A stretch of 64,000 nt of DNA, from contig MU054187.1 in the NCBI GenBank assembly GCA_013239625.1, positions 10,685,231-10,749,230 of the forward strand. The letters are read 5' to 3'. The translations under genes and the position numbers were made by a program. The notes under the pieces are model-generated. The model saw nothing but the letters and a program-made list of their open reading frames with translations, was not told the origin of the DNA and made no database searches. Source of the DNA: Lama guanicoe. Its lineage: Eukaryota. Positions 40,001-51,330 of the stretch are shown one piece after another; positions within the stretch are counted from its first letter, which is position 1; each line of letters begins with the position of its first letter.

Positions 40001-40582
40001 GGACAAGTTGTACAGTATTTGCAGCATTAAGCCTAAGTGCCGAAAGGTGAGTAATCAGAAAGAATTTTAAAAGTTGTAATTCTAAACCTCAAGAAAGAAA
40101 GAAACCAAAAGGACTTCTAAATGTCCCTCTCCAAAATGAAAGCTCCACCCGCACTGCAGATGTAGTTGGCTTCCCTTTGGCCCAGCACCTACCCTGCAGA
40201 CAGACCGTCAAAACAGGTCCCACATCATAGCAACAAAGAAGTGGTTTTACTGATTCTTTTGTACTAATAGTAGTATATGCACATTCTCATTTATTTACCA
40301 AAATTCAGCCAATATAGCTGCAACTCTTCTTTCTCTCTACCCTGCATCTTTGCCTGTTTCTGGCCTGGCCAAGTGTCTCCTGTTTCCTGAATCCACACAG
40401 ATGCACACAGTCTCAAACTTACGCAAAGTCATTTAACTCCCTTTCGTTTTTTACTTGCATTTTTAGCACATCATGCTGCTTACCAACTAAAGGATCATTT
40501 TCAGGATCTGTTTATAACTGTGTACATGTGCTTTATAATAACTTTTTTTTTCCTGGCACAAACAATTAAGAAAGCAAAAACA

Positions 40583-40773
40583 TATATAAAAATAGACAAA
40601 AAGCCAAATTTCTTTTGTGTAGCACAGGGAACTATATTCAATATCTTGTAATAACCTTTAATGAAAAAGAATATGAAAATGCATCTATGTGTTTATATGC
40701 ATGACTGAGACGTTATGCTGTGCATCAGAAATTGACACATTGTAACTGACTGTACTTCAATTAAAAAAAAAAA
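40583..40773 (+). mobile_element. 5'-truncated camelid-type L1 3' end
   Basis: Poly(A) tail; TSD aaagcaaaaaca at 40571-40582 and 40774-40785. Confidence 0.9.
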
Positions 40774-40839
40774 AAAGCAAAAACAGAACAGAAATCCAAG
40801 AAGACCCTGGAACCTATAAAACAATTATTGTTATTTTGT

Positions 40840-42910
40840 CAAATAACATCTTTATTGAGATATGATTCACATACCAAACAATTCACCCATTTAAAGTGTA
40901 TAATTGAGTGTTTTTTTAGTGCATTCAACAGAGTGGTGCAACCACCAGCGCAATAAATTTTAGAGCATTTTTATCCCCCCCAAGAGAAAACCCATTAGCA
41001 GTCACTCAGCATTCCCCCACCCTCTTTCTGCCCCCACCTTCACCTCCCTATCTCCTCACCCCATTACTGGCCTTCTGTTTTCCCACCGGCCCTAGGAAAC
41101 CACTAATCTGCTTTCTGTCTCTATACATTTGCCTGTTCTGGATATTTCACATCAGTGGGTACGTACAGCATGTGGTGTTTTGGGATGGTTTCTTTCATTG
41201 AGCATCGTGTGTTCAGGGGTCATCCATGCTGTAGCATGCATTAGTACAACACTCCTTTTTTCTACCACAGCATATTATACTGTATGGACACACCACATTT
41301 TATGTACTCTTTCATCAGGTAATGAATATTGAGTATTTGGATTATTTATTTCCACTTTTTGGCTTTTATAAATATTGCTGCTGCAAATATTTGTGTATAA
41401 GTTTCTGTGTTTCATGTCTCTAAGTTTATACCTAGGAGTGGAACTGCTGGCTAATGTGACTTGATATTTAACCCTTTGAGGAACTGCCAGACTGTTTTTC
41501 AAATTGGCTGCACCATTTTACATGCATACCATAGTGTATGAGAGTTCCAACTTCTACCCATCTTTGCCAACACTTGTTATTGTCCGTCTTTTTAATTATA
41601 TCACAGCCATCCTCCTCTGTGTAGGTGGTATCTCATTGTCATTTTGGTCTGTATTTTCCTAATGAATACTGATGCTAGGCATGTCTTCATGCCTACTGGT
41701 CATTTGTGTATCTTCTTTGGAGAAATGTCTATTCAGTTCCTTTGCCCAGTTTTTAATTGGGTTATTTGGTATTTTCATTATTGAATTGTAAGAGTTATTC
41801 ATATATTCTAGATATGTCTCTTACCAGATGTGTGATTTGAAAATACTTTCTCCCATTCTGTGGGTCATCTTATTACTTTCTTGATGGTATCCTTTGCACC
41901 AAAAAAGTTTGCCTTTGATGACATCCAGTTTATCTATTTTTTTCCTTTGTGCCTTTGATGATATATCTAAGAAAGCATTACCTAATCTAATGTCATCAAG
42001 ATGTATACTTACGTTTTCTTATAAGATTTTATCCATTTTGAGTTCATTTTTGTATATAGTATGGTAGGAGTCCAACTTCATTCTTTTGCATGTGAATATC
42101 CAGTTGTCCCAACACCATTTGATGAAAATATTATTCTTTCCATATTGAATTACTTTTGATACTCCTGTCTAAAATCAATTCACCATAAGTGTGAGGCTTG
42201 CTTTCTGTACTCTAAATTTGAATTCATTGATATAGATGTCTGTCTTTATGCCAGCACCACACTGTTTTGATTACTGCAAAGCTTTTTAGTGAGTTTTGAA
42301 ATAAGGAGTGTGAGTCTTCCAACTTTGCTCCTCCTTTTCAAGATCCTCTTGGTTATTCTGGGTCTCTTGCATTTCCATACGGATTTTAGCATGAGCTTGC
42401 CAATTTTTGCAAAGAGGCCGTTGGGAATTCTGATGGGAATTGTGTTGAATCTGTAGATCAATTTGGTGAGTATTGCCATCTTAACAATATTAAATCTTCC
42501 AATCTATGAATACAGAATATTGTTCATTTTATTTAGATTTTCTTTAATTTTTTTCAACAATGTTTTATAGTTTTTAGAATATGAGTTTTATTATTTCCTT
42601 TGTTAAATATAATTCTAAGTGTTTTATCTTTGTGATGTTGTTATAATTGTGTTCATTTCCTTTTTGGGTTGTTCACTGAAAATGTGAGGGATACAATTTT
42701 TGCATATTGATCTTCTGTCCTGCAGCCTTGCTAATAAACTCATGTATTAGTTCTTGTAGTGGACTGGTTAGGATTTTATATATATGAAATTATGTCATCT
42801 GCAAATAGCTTTACGTCTTCCTTTCTAATCAGGGCAATTTTTTTTTTAATTTTCTTGCCTAATTGTGCTGGTTAGACCCTCCAATGCAATGTTGAATAGC
42901 AGCGGCAAGA
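40840..42910 (-). mobile_element. L1MB-like LINE-1, ~2 kb (3' UTR plus ORF2 C-terminal part)
   Basis: ORF 42246..42479 MAILTKLIYRFNTIPIRIP is L1 ORF2; L1MB-type 3' end at the left. Confidence 0.9.
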
Positions 42911-43064
42911 TGTCATTGATATAATATAATTTTTTGGTCATTTCTCACTAACTTTTTAAGTAAAGGAGGCGATACTGGAGAATGTTTTAAAGTATGGGCT
43001 CTGAATTTAGACTTTCTATTGTTTACTTTTTAAATTTTCTGTATATTATGATGTTTGACATCTT

Positions 43065-43416
43065 TTTATTATTTTTTATTGAAGTGAAATCGACTTACAA
43101 TATTATGTTAGTTTCAGGTGTACAGCATAGTGATTCAGTACTGTTGCAGATTTTACTCAATTACAGGTTGTTACAAAATAATGGGTATAATTCCCTGTGC
43201 TATAGAGTGCATCCTTGCTGCTTACCTATTTTATGTATAGTAGTTGGTATCTGTCAATCCCGTGCTCTTTATTTGTCCCTCTCCTCTTCCGTCTCCCCCT
43301 TGGTAACCACAAATTTGTTCTCTATGTCTGTGAGTTTGTTTCTGTTTTACATATCCATTCATTCGTATTATTTTTTAGATTCCACGTGTAAGTGATACCA
43401 TACAGTATTTGTCTTT
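43065..43416 (-). mobile_element. Artiodactyl/camelid L1 3' end
   Basis: ttagtttcaggtgtacagcatagtgattcag...ttggtaaccac...tagattccac. Confidence 0.85.
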
Positions 43417-45087
43417 GTTAAATTCCAGAATATCCTTATGGTCGTTTTATGAAGGCAAGTTTTTTAGGTGATGCTGTTTTATTAAAGATAATGAAATGAA
43501 AAAGGAGAAAAAAATGAGTCTTTCGGATAATATTTTTGGCAAAACAGATCATATGGGTCAGTATATGCTGAGAATAAAGAATAACCATCCTAAAATATAT
43601 GAAACCTTGGGTTCAGTATCAATGATACTAAAATATGCCTAGGCGTACAACCGTCAAGGGCAAGCACTTACAGACAAAAGGATCTTAAAATACATGCTGG
43701 AAAACAGATGTAGCAGAAAACATTTGTTTTCAATTCTGGTCAGTCGGTTTTGACTGGTTGCTGACACTTGTGTACTTACGTTTCAGGCCCAGGCTGCAAG
43801 ATGAACAATCTTCCTTTTAAAAAAAAAAGAAAAGAAAGAAAAAAAATATTAGAAGGAAAAGTGGCAAGTTGAAGAGCAGAGGCTCAAGAAAAACACATAA
43901 AGGCAAATCCATACTGTCATCATATTGAAATGCTATATTGAAATACTTTATAAATACTGAGAAGAATCCTGTATTGAACAGTCAGTTAAGCCTATAATGC
44001 ATGTAAAAGGGGGATTTAGACATAAGTGACTGAGGACCTGGTTATTAGATATGCCTCATGGTTACCTGATGAATTATCAGCATTTTATTAATTCACTCTT
44101 TCTTTCCTTCATTTATTCTTCCACCTATCCACCCATTCATTCATTCATTTAATTTTTGATTTCCTGATCCTCCTAGGCAAAGTTAGCGAGTTTAGCTGCT
44201 GTTCCTCATGACCTTTCATGGTAGATATGTCATAATTCAGTGTGATTCTCTGATGTTTGAGGAAGCTTAGCACAAACCTTATACATCCCAAGAGAGATAT
44301 CTCTGTCTCTCAGGACCAAAACCATCAGAGGGTTGGAGACAGGGTGGGTATTATCCATACCCACCAATGTCTGCTTTGGAAGGAGAGAATTTGCTGGCTA
44401 CTTTGGGTACTATTGGATCCAGTGTTTCTGCAGAGGGCTGTCATCCTTTTTTTTTTTTTTAATTTAAATTCCCTCTAGGCAATGGTGGTCTCACCAGTTC
44501 TGCTGAAATGTACCTTTAACCTTTAGTGTTGGGTTGTTGTGATGTGCTGCATTACTGAGCATTAGCTGGCATTTACCGAGATGTGTGTTTGAGAAATAGG
44601 TCCTGCGTTACTTCCTGCTTGATAGCTAGATTGGAGCAATAGCACATCCTGTCCTAGGCGGAGTGCCTGGCTCCCCAGGGCACACACCAAGTAGAACTGT
44701 TTTCCCAAGTCATCCTTTGTTTGCTCTGATGCTCTTATTTCTCCTCCTTTTCAATAAATTCAGTATCGTGTTTACAGTATTCTGTAACATTTTTCATCGT
44801 TTAAGGTATTTTTCTTCTTACCAAAGACTCTCACTTAATGGGACGAAAAAATCAAGACAGTATCATTTTGGAAATTATAAACAAAAGCATGTCAGGATTA
44901 ACAGTTTATTGGTAATTAATATCAAAGGTATCTGCAATTTGATTTCTGTAGATTTCTTTTAAATGACTCATGATATGATGCAAACAAACATTATAAAAAG
45001 TTATTGATATAATGCATTTTAGATGGTGATTGCTTACAAACATGCCACATATTAAAAGTTAAATATTAAAACCTAGTATTTAACCTA

Positions 45088-45213
45088 GTCACTTGAGAAG
45101 GCTGGATGGCAGGATTTCACAAGCTGGCAGTATCATTAATGTAGAATTTAAAGAGACAGAAATGTCACTTGAGAAGGCTGGATGGCAGGATTTCACAAGC
45201 TGGCAGTATCATT
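45088..45213. repeat. Perfect 50-bp direct repeat with a 26-bp spacer
   Basis: gtcacttgagaaggctggatggcaggatttcacaagctggcagtatcatt at 45088-45137 and 45164-45213. Confidence 0.95.
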
Positions 45214-45479
45214 TGAGTTCTCAATTTAGGAGGTCTGGTGAGTCGATGTTATCGGTGTGGTTAGAATCAGTCCCAATGTGACTTGATTAGCATTATTCAA
45301 ACTCAGTAGAGACACATGTAAGCTAGTTTGCTAATGTTTTCATTCAGTGTGGGGCCAGGAAGTTACCCAGGTACCTGACCCCGAGGCTGTCTCATTCCCT
45401 ATATAAACATACTAGGGAGGTCAAAGTTGTCATCAGAATACCTCTTGGTTAAAACAAGTTCGAAACGAAGTGATACTGG

Positions 45480-45750
45480 GACACTGGTGGTCAGAGCTTT
45501 GGGAAGCAGGCTAGTGGTGTTTAAGACTCAAGCGTGGTTCAGATATGGACTCTGCCACTTACTAGCTGGGGACCTTGGGCAAGGTACTTATTCTCTGTGT
45601 GTGTCAGTTCCCTCGTCTGAAAAAAAGGAGATAATAGTAGTACCTACTTCATGACATTGTTTTCAGGACTGGACTGGCTAGTGCAGTGCATAAAGGGCTT
45701 GTGCCATTACCTGGTACACAGTGAATGCTCTGTATGTGCTCATCATTGGA
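45480..45750 (+). mobile_element. MIR SINE
   Basis: ctctgccacttactagctggggaccttgggcaag...ataatagtagtacctacttcat. Confidence 0.85.
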
Positions 45751-46229
45751 ATTCATCCTGAAAGGCACTTTGGGCAGAAATGGAGAAAACGGACTCTGTG
45801 ACCATCCTCTCTTAATGACCCGATGACTCATCCGTGCTGGGTCATGCAGCTTCTCATCCTGCTAGACAGGGGTGGGATAATCACCAAGAAGTTCCTACTG
45901 CCTCTTCTCTTATCAGGCTTCGTGTAGAAGCCCTTCTTCCCTTATAAATAATTTCTTTATATGGAGTACTATAACTGAATACATCATTTTGTATTATACT
46001 CTATACTCATCTTACAGCTTTTTTTTCTGACTTCAGAATTTCTTACTTCCTTTAATGAGGGGACTGTGGTAGTCTGTCTTACTGCTTTGATTTGCAAGAC
46101 ATCCTTTCTGGTAGGATTTCCTCAGGTAACTGGCCTAATATAGTTTATGTGAATTCTGCAAGTCTAAGTCTCAGGGATAATGATAATGCTGCTAGTGATG
46201 ATGACGATGACATGATGACAATAATAACA

Positions 46230-46470
46230 ATGTTAGCAGTATCCTCTGTTGAATCTTTACTGTGTGCCTGGCCCTGTACCCGGGCTTCCTGCATTATCTA
46301 CTATCGTCCTCTCAAAAAACTGATGAACTAAGTACTATTTAACTTCGGTTTACATGTGAGGATACCGAGGACAGAGAGATTACGAAGCTTGCTGAACGTC
46401 ACACAGCGAGTAAATGGCAAAGCCTGCGGTCTGTCCTGGGCTGGAGCTCCAAGGTCAGTGCTCTCAGTGA
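46230..46470 (-). mobile_element. MIR SINE
   Basis: gaggataccgaggacagagagattacgaagcttgctgaacgtcacacagcgagtaaatggc. Confidence 0.75.
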
Positions 46471-47799
46471 CTATGCTTGACAGACTCCCAGCTAACATGT
46501 ACCCTACTGTCAGCTGGATTTGAACCACCACCTAACAGTAAACAAGAAAACACGTTCTAACTTGTCCTGAGGAGATAGTAAAGAATCACATTCGGAGGAG
46601 ACCTAAATGATCCTTCACACGCAGTAACACAGATATGAGACTGCAGGCTAATTATGAATCTGACAGTTTGTTGAAATCAGTCCTTGTAACTAAAAGTATA
46701 CCATAATATGTGAAGTGATAACAAAACATTCTGGCGTTAGTATCAAAACATACCCAGCATCTTGTGAACTGTTTCCTGACACATGTATTTTGAAGTTTCC
46801 ATGGATGGAATATCCCATTATGTAATAGTGGGATGTGGTGTAAATCATAATTATCATTCATTTTCTGACAATGCTGACTTCGAAATCAAATTACATTTGG
46901 GAAGTTCCTCATTCGGGACTATCCCATCTCGCCACGTCTCTGCTTTATCTCTTCCAGAACCCCCTTTATTTCAGGCTCTTATTTAGCCTCTCCACTTAAT
47001 AGCTCAAAAATTAAAATCCTGCATGATACACTGAGTTCTTTGGGGAAATAGTTGCCTCTGTTTATTTTAAAGTGGGAAAGGAAGAGAGATACAGGAAGGG
47101 GACAAGGATGCTTCAGGCTGGTAGCCTAAGTTGAAGGAACTTATAGAACTTGTCTGCTCACTTGTTTCAATATTTAATTAATTTCAAGGGATTACTGCTT
47201 ATACCTCCTAACTAGGTCTACTGGCCTTCACCATCGTTCTCTTGTCTCTCATCAAAAATCATTTGTTTCAGGAGCTATGCAAAGTGGAGTTAGAGAAGGC
47301 TTTAGAACAAACAGTCTGTAAATTGGATTCTGTGCATTTGGAAATTATGCGGATAGGCACTTTTGTAACACAATGAGGTCAAAACAGTCTCACTGAAAAT
47401 GGCTTTTTCATGTTGTACTCAAGCCAAAAGAAAGGATAGTAATGGTACCGTGTTATGTGAGCAGAAGAAAGTTGGTAAATTCAATCCAAGACGATGCTTA
47501 CTTTTCAGCCAATTTTAAAGCCACTGAATGAAACAAACTCTCAAAATGTATAGCAATAAAAATTAATCAAATAAGATATTTTTATGAAAAACATACTGTA
47601 TGAAAATATACTGTTACATGTAAAGTACAAGAGAAATATTAGGATTCAGTTCATAATTTTAGAGAGTTTGCAGTTTAAAAGAGAGACTAAGATATGCATG
47701 CAATTAATTAAATGGAACAAAACAGAAAATGAATGCCATGTATCAGAGGCAAAGTTTAGCCTAAAAAAACAGAGCTGGGTTGAACTGATTTACTAAAAT

Positions 47800-48860
47800 T
47801 TAATTCATTCATATAACTACTATTTATCGAGTGCCTACTATGTGCCAGGTGGTGAAACACAGCCCTTCCTACCAATGGATGCTGATATCTGGGAACTAAA
47901 TTTCTGACTAATTTTCAGGATACAGGGTAGAAAATGAAAAGAGCTTCAGCTTTGGAGTCTGAAAATCCTGAAGCAATACCTGGCCCTATCAATTGTTCAT
48001 TGGGTGATTTGGACAAGTAATTTATACTCTTTTAGCTTTGTTGCAGAAATCAGAGGGCCATCTTTGATTCCCTCTTCTAACTTCATCCTCTGTAAAGACA
48101 ATCAACAAATTAGTCTTTAAATGTTCCTTGAATATGTCCCATCTTCTCTATCCCTACATCCCCAAAGGCTGGCCCTCATGAATTGTTCACGGATTCTGTA
48201 ACCAAAATTAGTTTTGCTGTCGCCATATCATTCTTTTTCAATCTATCATGCATGTTGTAACCAAAGCAATCTTTCAAAAACTTTTACCTGACTATAACAC
48301 TCCTTTGTTCAAAACTCTTTAGTTAATTCTCATCACCCAGAAGATTCAAGTCTGTATTTCTCAGCAAGTAAGACCTTTAATGAGCTGAACTCTGCTTACT
48401 TTTTTAACCTCACAGGCCAGACTTCCTCCATATACACCCTGTTTCTCTAAACCAGCCTGTTTTGTGCCACCGGGCCTTTGCACGTGCTTTTTTTTTTTTT
48501 TTTTTAATGCCAAAGCCTGAAACATTATCCCCATCCTCACTCCACCAATCCTACCTGGAAACTTTAAATTTTACTCTTCCTTTAACACTTTGTTTAAACA
48601 CCATCTCCTTTATGGAGTGTTTCTTGATAATCCCAGCACAGGTCATTTTTCGATCATCAGTATGCACATAGCATGTTTTATGAATCTATATTAGCATCGT
48701 GCATTATAATGTCATTTTTTGTGTATATGCCAGTTACCTCAAAAAGACTGAATACCTAAGAACAAAGACAAGGCCTTTCATCTTTGAATCCTCCCTCCTA
48801 ACGTAATGTCTGCCTTTGAGAGACTGTGCAATAAATATTTATTTTAGTAATGAAGTCAGG
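47800..48860. mobile_element. L2 and MIR fragments
   Basis: tatttatcgagtgcctactatgtgccagg; agcaatctttcaaaaa; gggcctttgcacgtgct; caataaatattt. Confidence 0.7.
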
Positions 48861-50269
48861 TTCTGGGATAAGTAGAAAGAACCAAGAAATGCTTTGTGGA
48901 GGAGATGGTATTTAAGGTAGGCCTTGGAAAACCTCTGAAATCTTTCCTGAATTTTAAAAATGTAATTTTGGGATGTTCAGTGTTTATTTTAATATACATA
49001 TATATGTAAATGTATGTATCTTCATGATTCTCCCTTTACTGCTTAAGTGTTTTGCCAGCAAAGCTTTGTCTTTTCCATTCAAGGCCCTAGATGCAGTGCT
49101 CTGAGCATGGTGAAGACTTAATAAATAGGTTAATAATCTGATTTAAAGAAGCATCTTCCTCATGCTTCTTGGAGGAAGGTACCATTCTGATTATCCAGTG
49201 CTATGTGGTGTTCAAAATGCCTACCTTTTTAGCTGAGTCACAGATGGCTGTACACAATACCTAACAACCAATAAAAATGCTGATATTCACTCTCTATATT
49301 TAACTTCTCCTAAACATATTAAAATATATGTAAGTAAGTATACCTTTGATCCACAATGGAAAACACGTGACAACCCTGGGTACCTCACTGCTATTCAATT
49401 TAACTTTCCCTGGGCAGATTAAGTAAAAGTAGTAACTTGGGTACCTTTCCAGACCTTTCAGGTTAACAGTGATGGTTATGCTCTTAGGTATTCGTGCAGA
49501 TTTCCTATCTAAATTATTAAATATAATTTCTGGGATATTCCTTTCTAAACTGTTGCATGTTTCTACTTAAGTAGTTCATTTAAAATATAGATGAAAAAAC
49601 ACTGACACCAATAAAGATATGAATTGCCGAAATCCAGAACACAGTGGAGAAAGAAAAGGAAATCTATACTGTGGCAGTACGCTTTAGGACGACTATTCCC
49701 TTCATTCTAAACCTTATGTTTATGAATATAAATCTTTTCAATTTGGTAGCACATCACGGTTGGGAACCAGAGAAATCGTCGTGGGAGGCCTCAATGATTT
49801 TTTTTTCCTTCTTTTTTTTCCCACAAGAAAAAGTGCTTGTGAACGGGATGTAAAGAAACCCCTGCTGTCTGGAGATCTTCAGCTCGGAAATCCCTGCATA
49901 ATAAGAAAGTTATTGGCTAAATTTGAGGAGCTCAGGAAGCATCTAGAGGAAACATCGTTATGTGCTGTAGTGTAGTATCTGAGATGGAGCTATAGATACA
50001 CAGCCATAATTATACGTGGGTTGTGTGATCCACATGATTATATGGGGATTAGGAAGGCAAACTTGCAAGGGAGCGCTGGCTCGCCTTTCTCTCTTCTTCC
50101 TGTCCAAAGCTGAAGGTTTGCTCCCAACCTCTGGATGTCTGCACTTGGGGAGTTTTCAGCTGGATTTTCAGCCGTTCAACTCGCTCCCCGTCAAGCCAGA
50201 TTTCCTAAAGAAAGGCAACTTCTTTTCACAGCAAACCCTCAGACTCACGCACCTTCTCAAATTCTGCCC

Positions 50270-51330
50270 GTCTCGGATCCTGAGCTAGTGCGGGCAACGC
50301 AGGAGGTGCGACGGGAGGCTCGGAAGGGGCGGTGGGGACGACCCCCTTTGGAACTGCATTTGTAACTGCCAAGGAGTAGCCAACAAGCACCAGATTTATG
50401 TGCACTTTGAAAGAAGCACCTTCACCATTGGCTTCTGGAGCGGCGCTGTCGCTAGGGAGCGGCGGGCAGGGCTAGCGCAGCCTGGGGAGTAGCCCGGGCT
50501 GTTTGTTCCTGTGACCTGGGAGAGGGGGCACACCCGTCGGGCGCGCGGACACGCACGCACGCGCACGCTCGCGGCGAGTTCGAGCCCCGCGGCCCCCGCC
50601 CGCCCGAGGGCGCCCCCCGGCGCCTCTCTCGGCGAAGCGGCATCTCCCGGCTCGCCTCCCGCCCCCTGATTCCTGCCGCTGCCGCCCAGAGAAGGGACGT
50701 GGAACCTGTGTCTCCAGTTTCCCCGGCGCGGGCGCCGCGGAGAGCCGCGGGGGTGGGCGCGAGGAGGAGAAGGCGATGAATGAGTGCTCCCCTCACCTCG
50801 GAGTTGTGTGAGTCGGCGGCGCCGTGCCCGGGCTTCCGGCTCTCGGCGCCCCACGCGCTCGTGGCTCCCGCGGCTGCAGCCCACGCCGGCGTCCGGAGCC
50901 GAGCGCGCCGCGCCGCGCCGCGCCGGGGGAGCCGAGGCTCCCGAGCTCCTGTCCCGGCCCCGGTCCAGGGCAAAGGAGGGGGGTACCCCGGCGGAGGCGC
51001 ACGGCCACGCGGTCTCCCGCACTCTCCGCGGCCCGCCCGGCTCTCCATGGCGTCTCGTCAGCAATCCCGGATCCAGGCTTACCTGGAGAAGAACAAGATC
51101 GGCCCCCTGTTTGAGGTAAGGCGCTGGGGGTGAGGGCGGTCCCGTTGGTCTTCGGAGGAAGGGGTGCAGAACACCCTAGAGGGAAGGAGGGAGCGAGAAC
51201 AAATGCACGGGAGGGGCGCCCCCGTGGTCCCAGGTCTCGGGCATTCGTTCTGCCCGGGCGAGGTGTCCTGGAACGCGGCCGCGCGGACACCTCTTCGGTT
51301 ACCTGGGCGCGGATAGGTGAGCTCCGGAGG
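50270..51330. promoter_or_regulatory. C8orf34: CpG island / promoter of C8orf34
   Basis: Very high GC and CpG density against an AT-rich background; GC boxes (ggggcgg ~50326), reverse CCAAT (~50427); encloses the first coding exon. Confidence 0.9.
50780..51115 (+). CDS. C8orf34: C8orf34 (VEST1) first coding exon; main ATG at 51047, upstream in-frame ATG at 50780; start of an RIIa/Dpy-30-like D/D domain
   Basis: [23 protein letters not shown] followed by the phase-0 donor GAG|gtaag (51116), matching recalled human [23 protein letters not shown]. The extension MSAPLTSEL...PGFRLSAPHA matches the recalled long isoform. No further exon recognised in the window. Confidence 0.9.

Noticed and set aside
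45088..45213. CRISPR-like repeat-spacer-repeat
   Set aside because: Only two copies, mammalian context, no cas genes.
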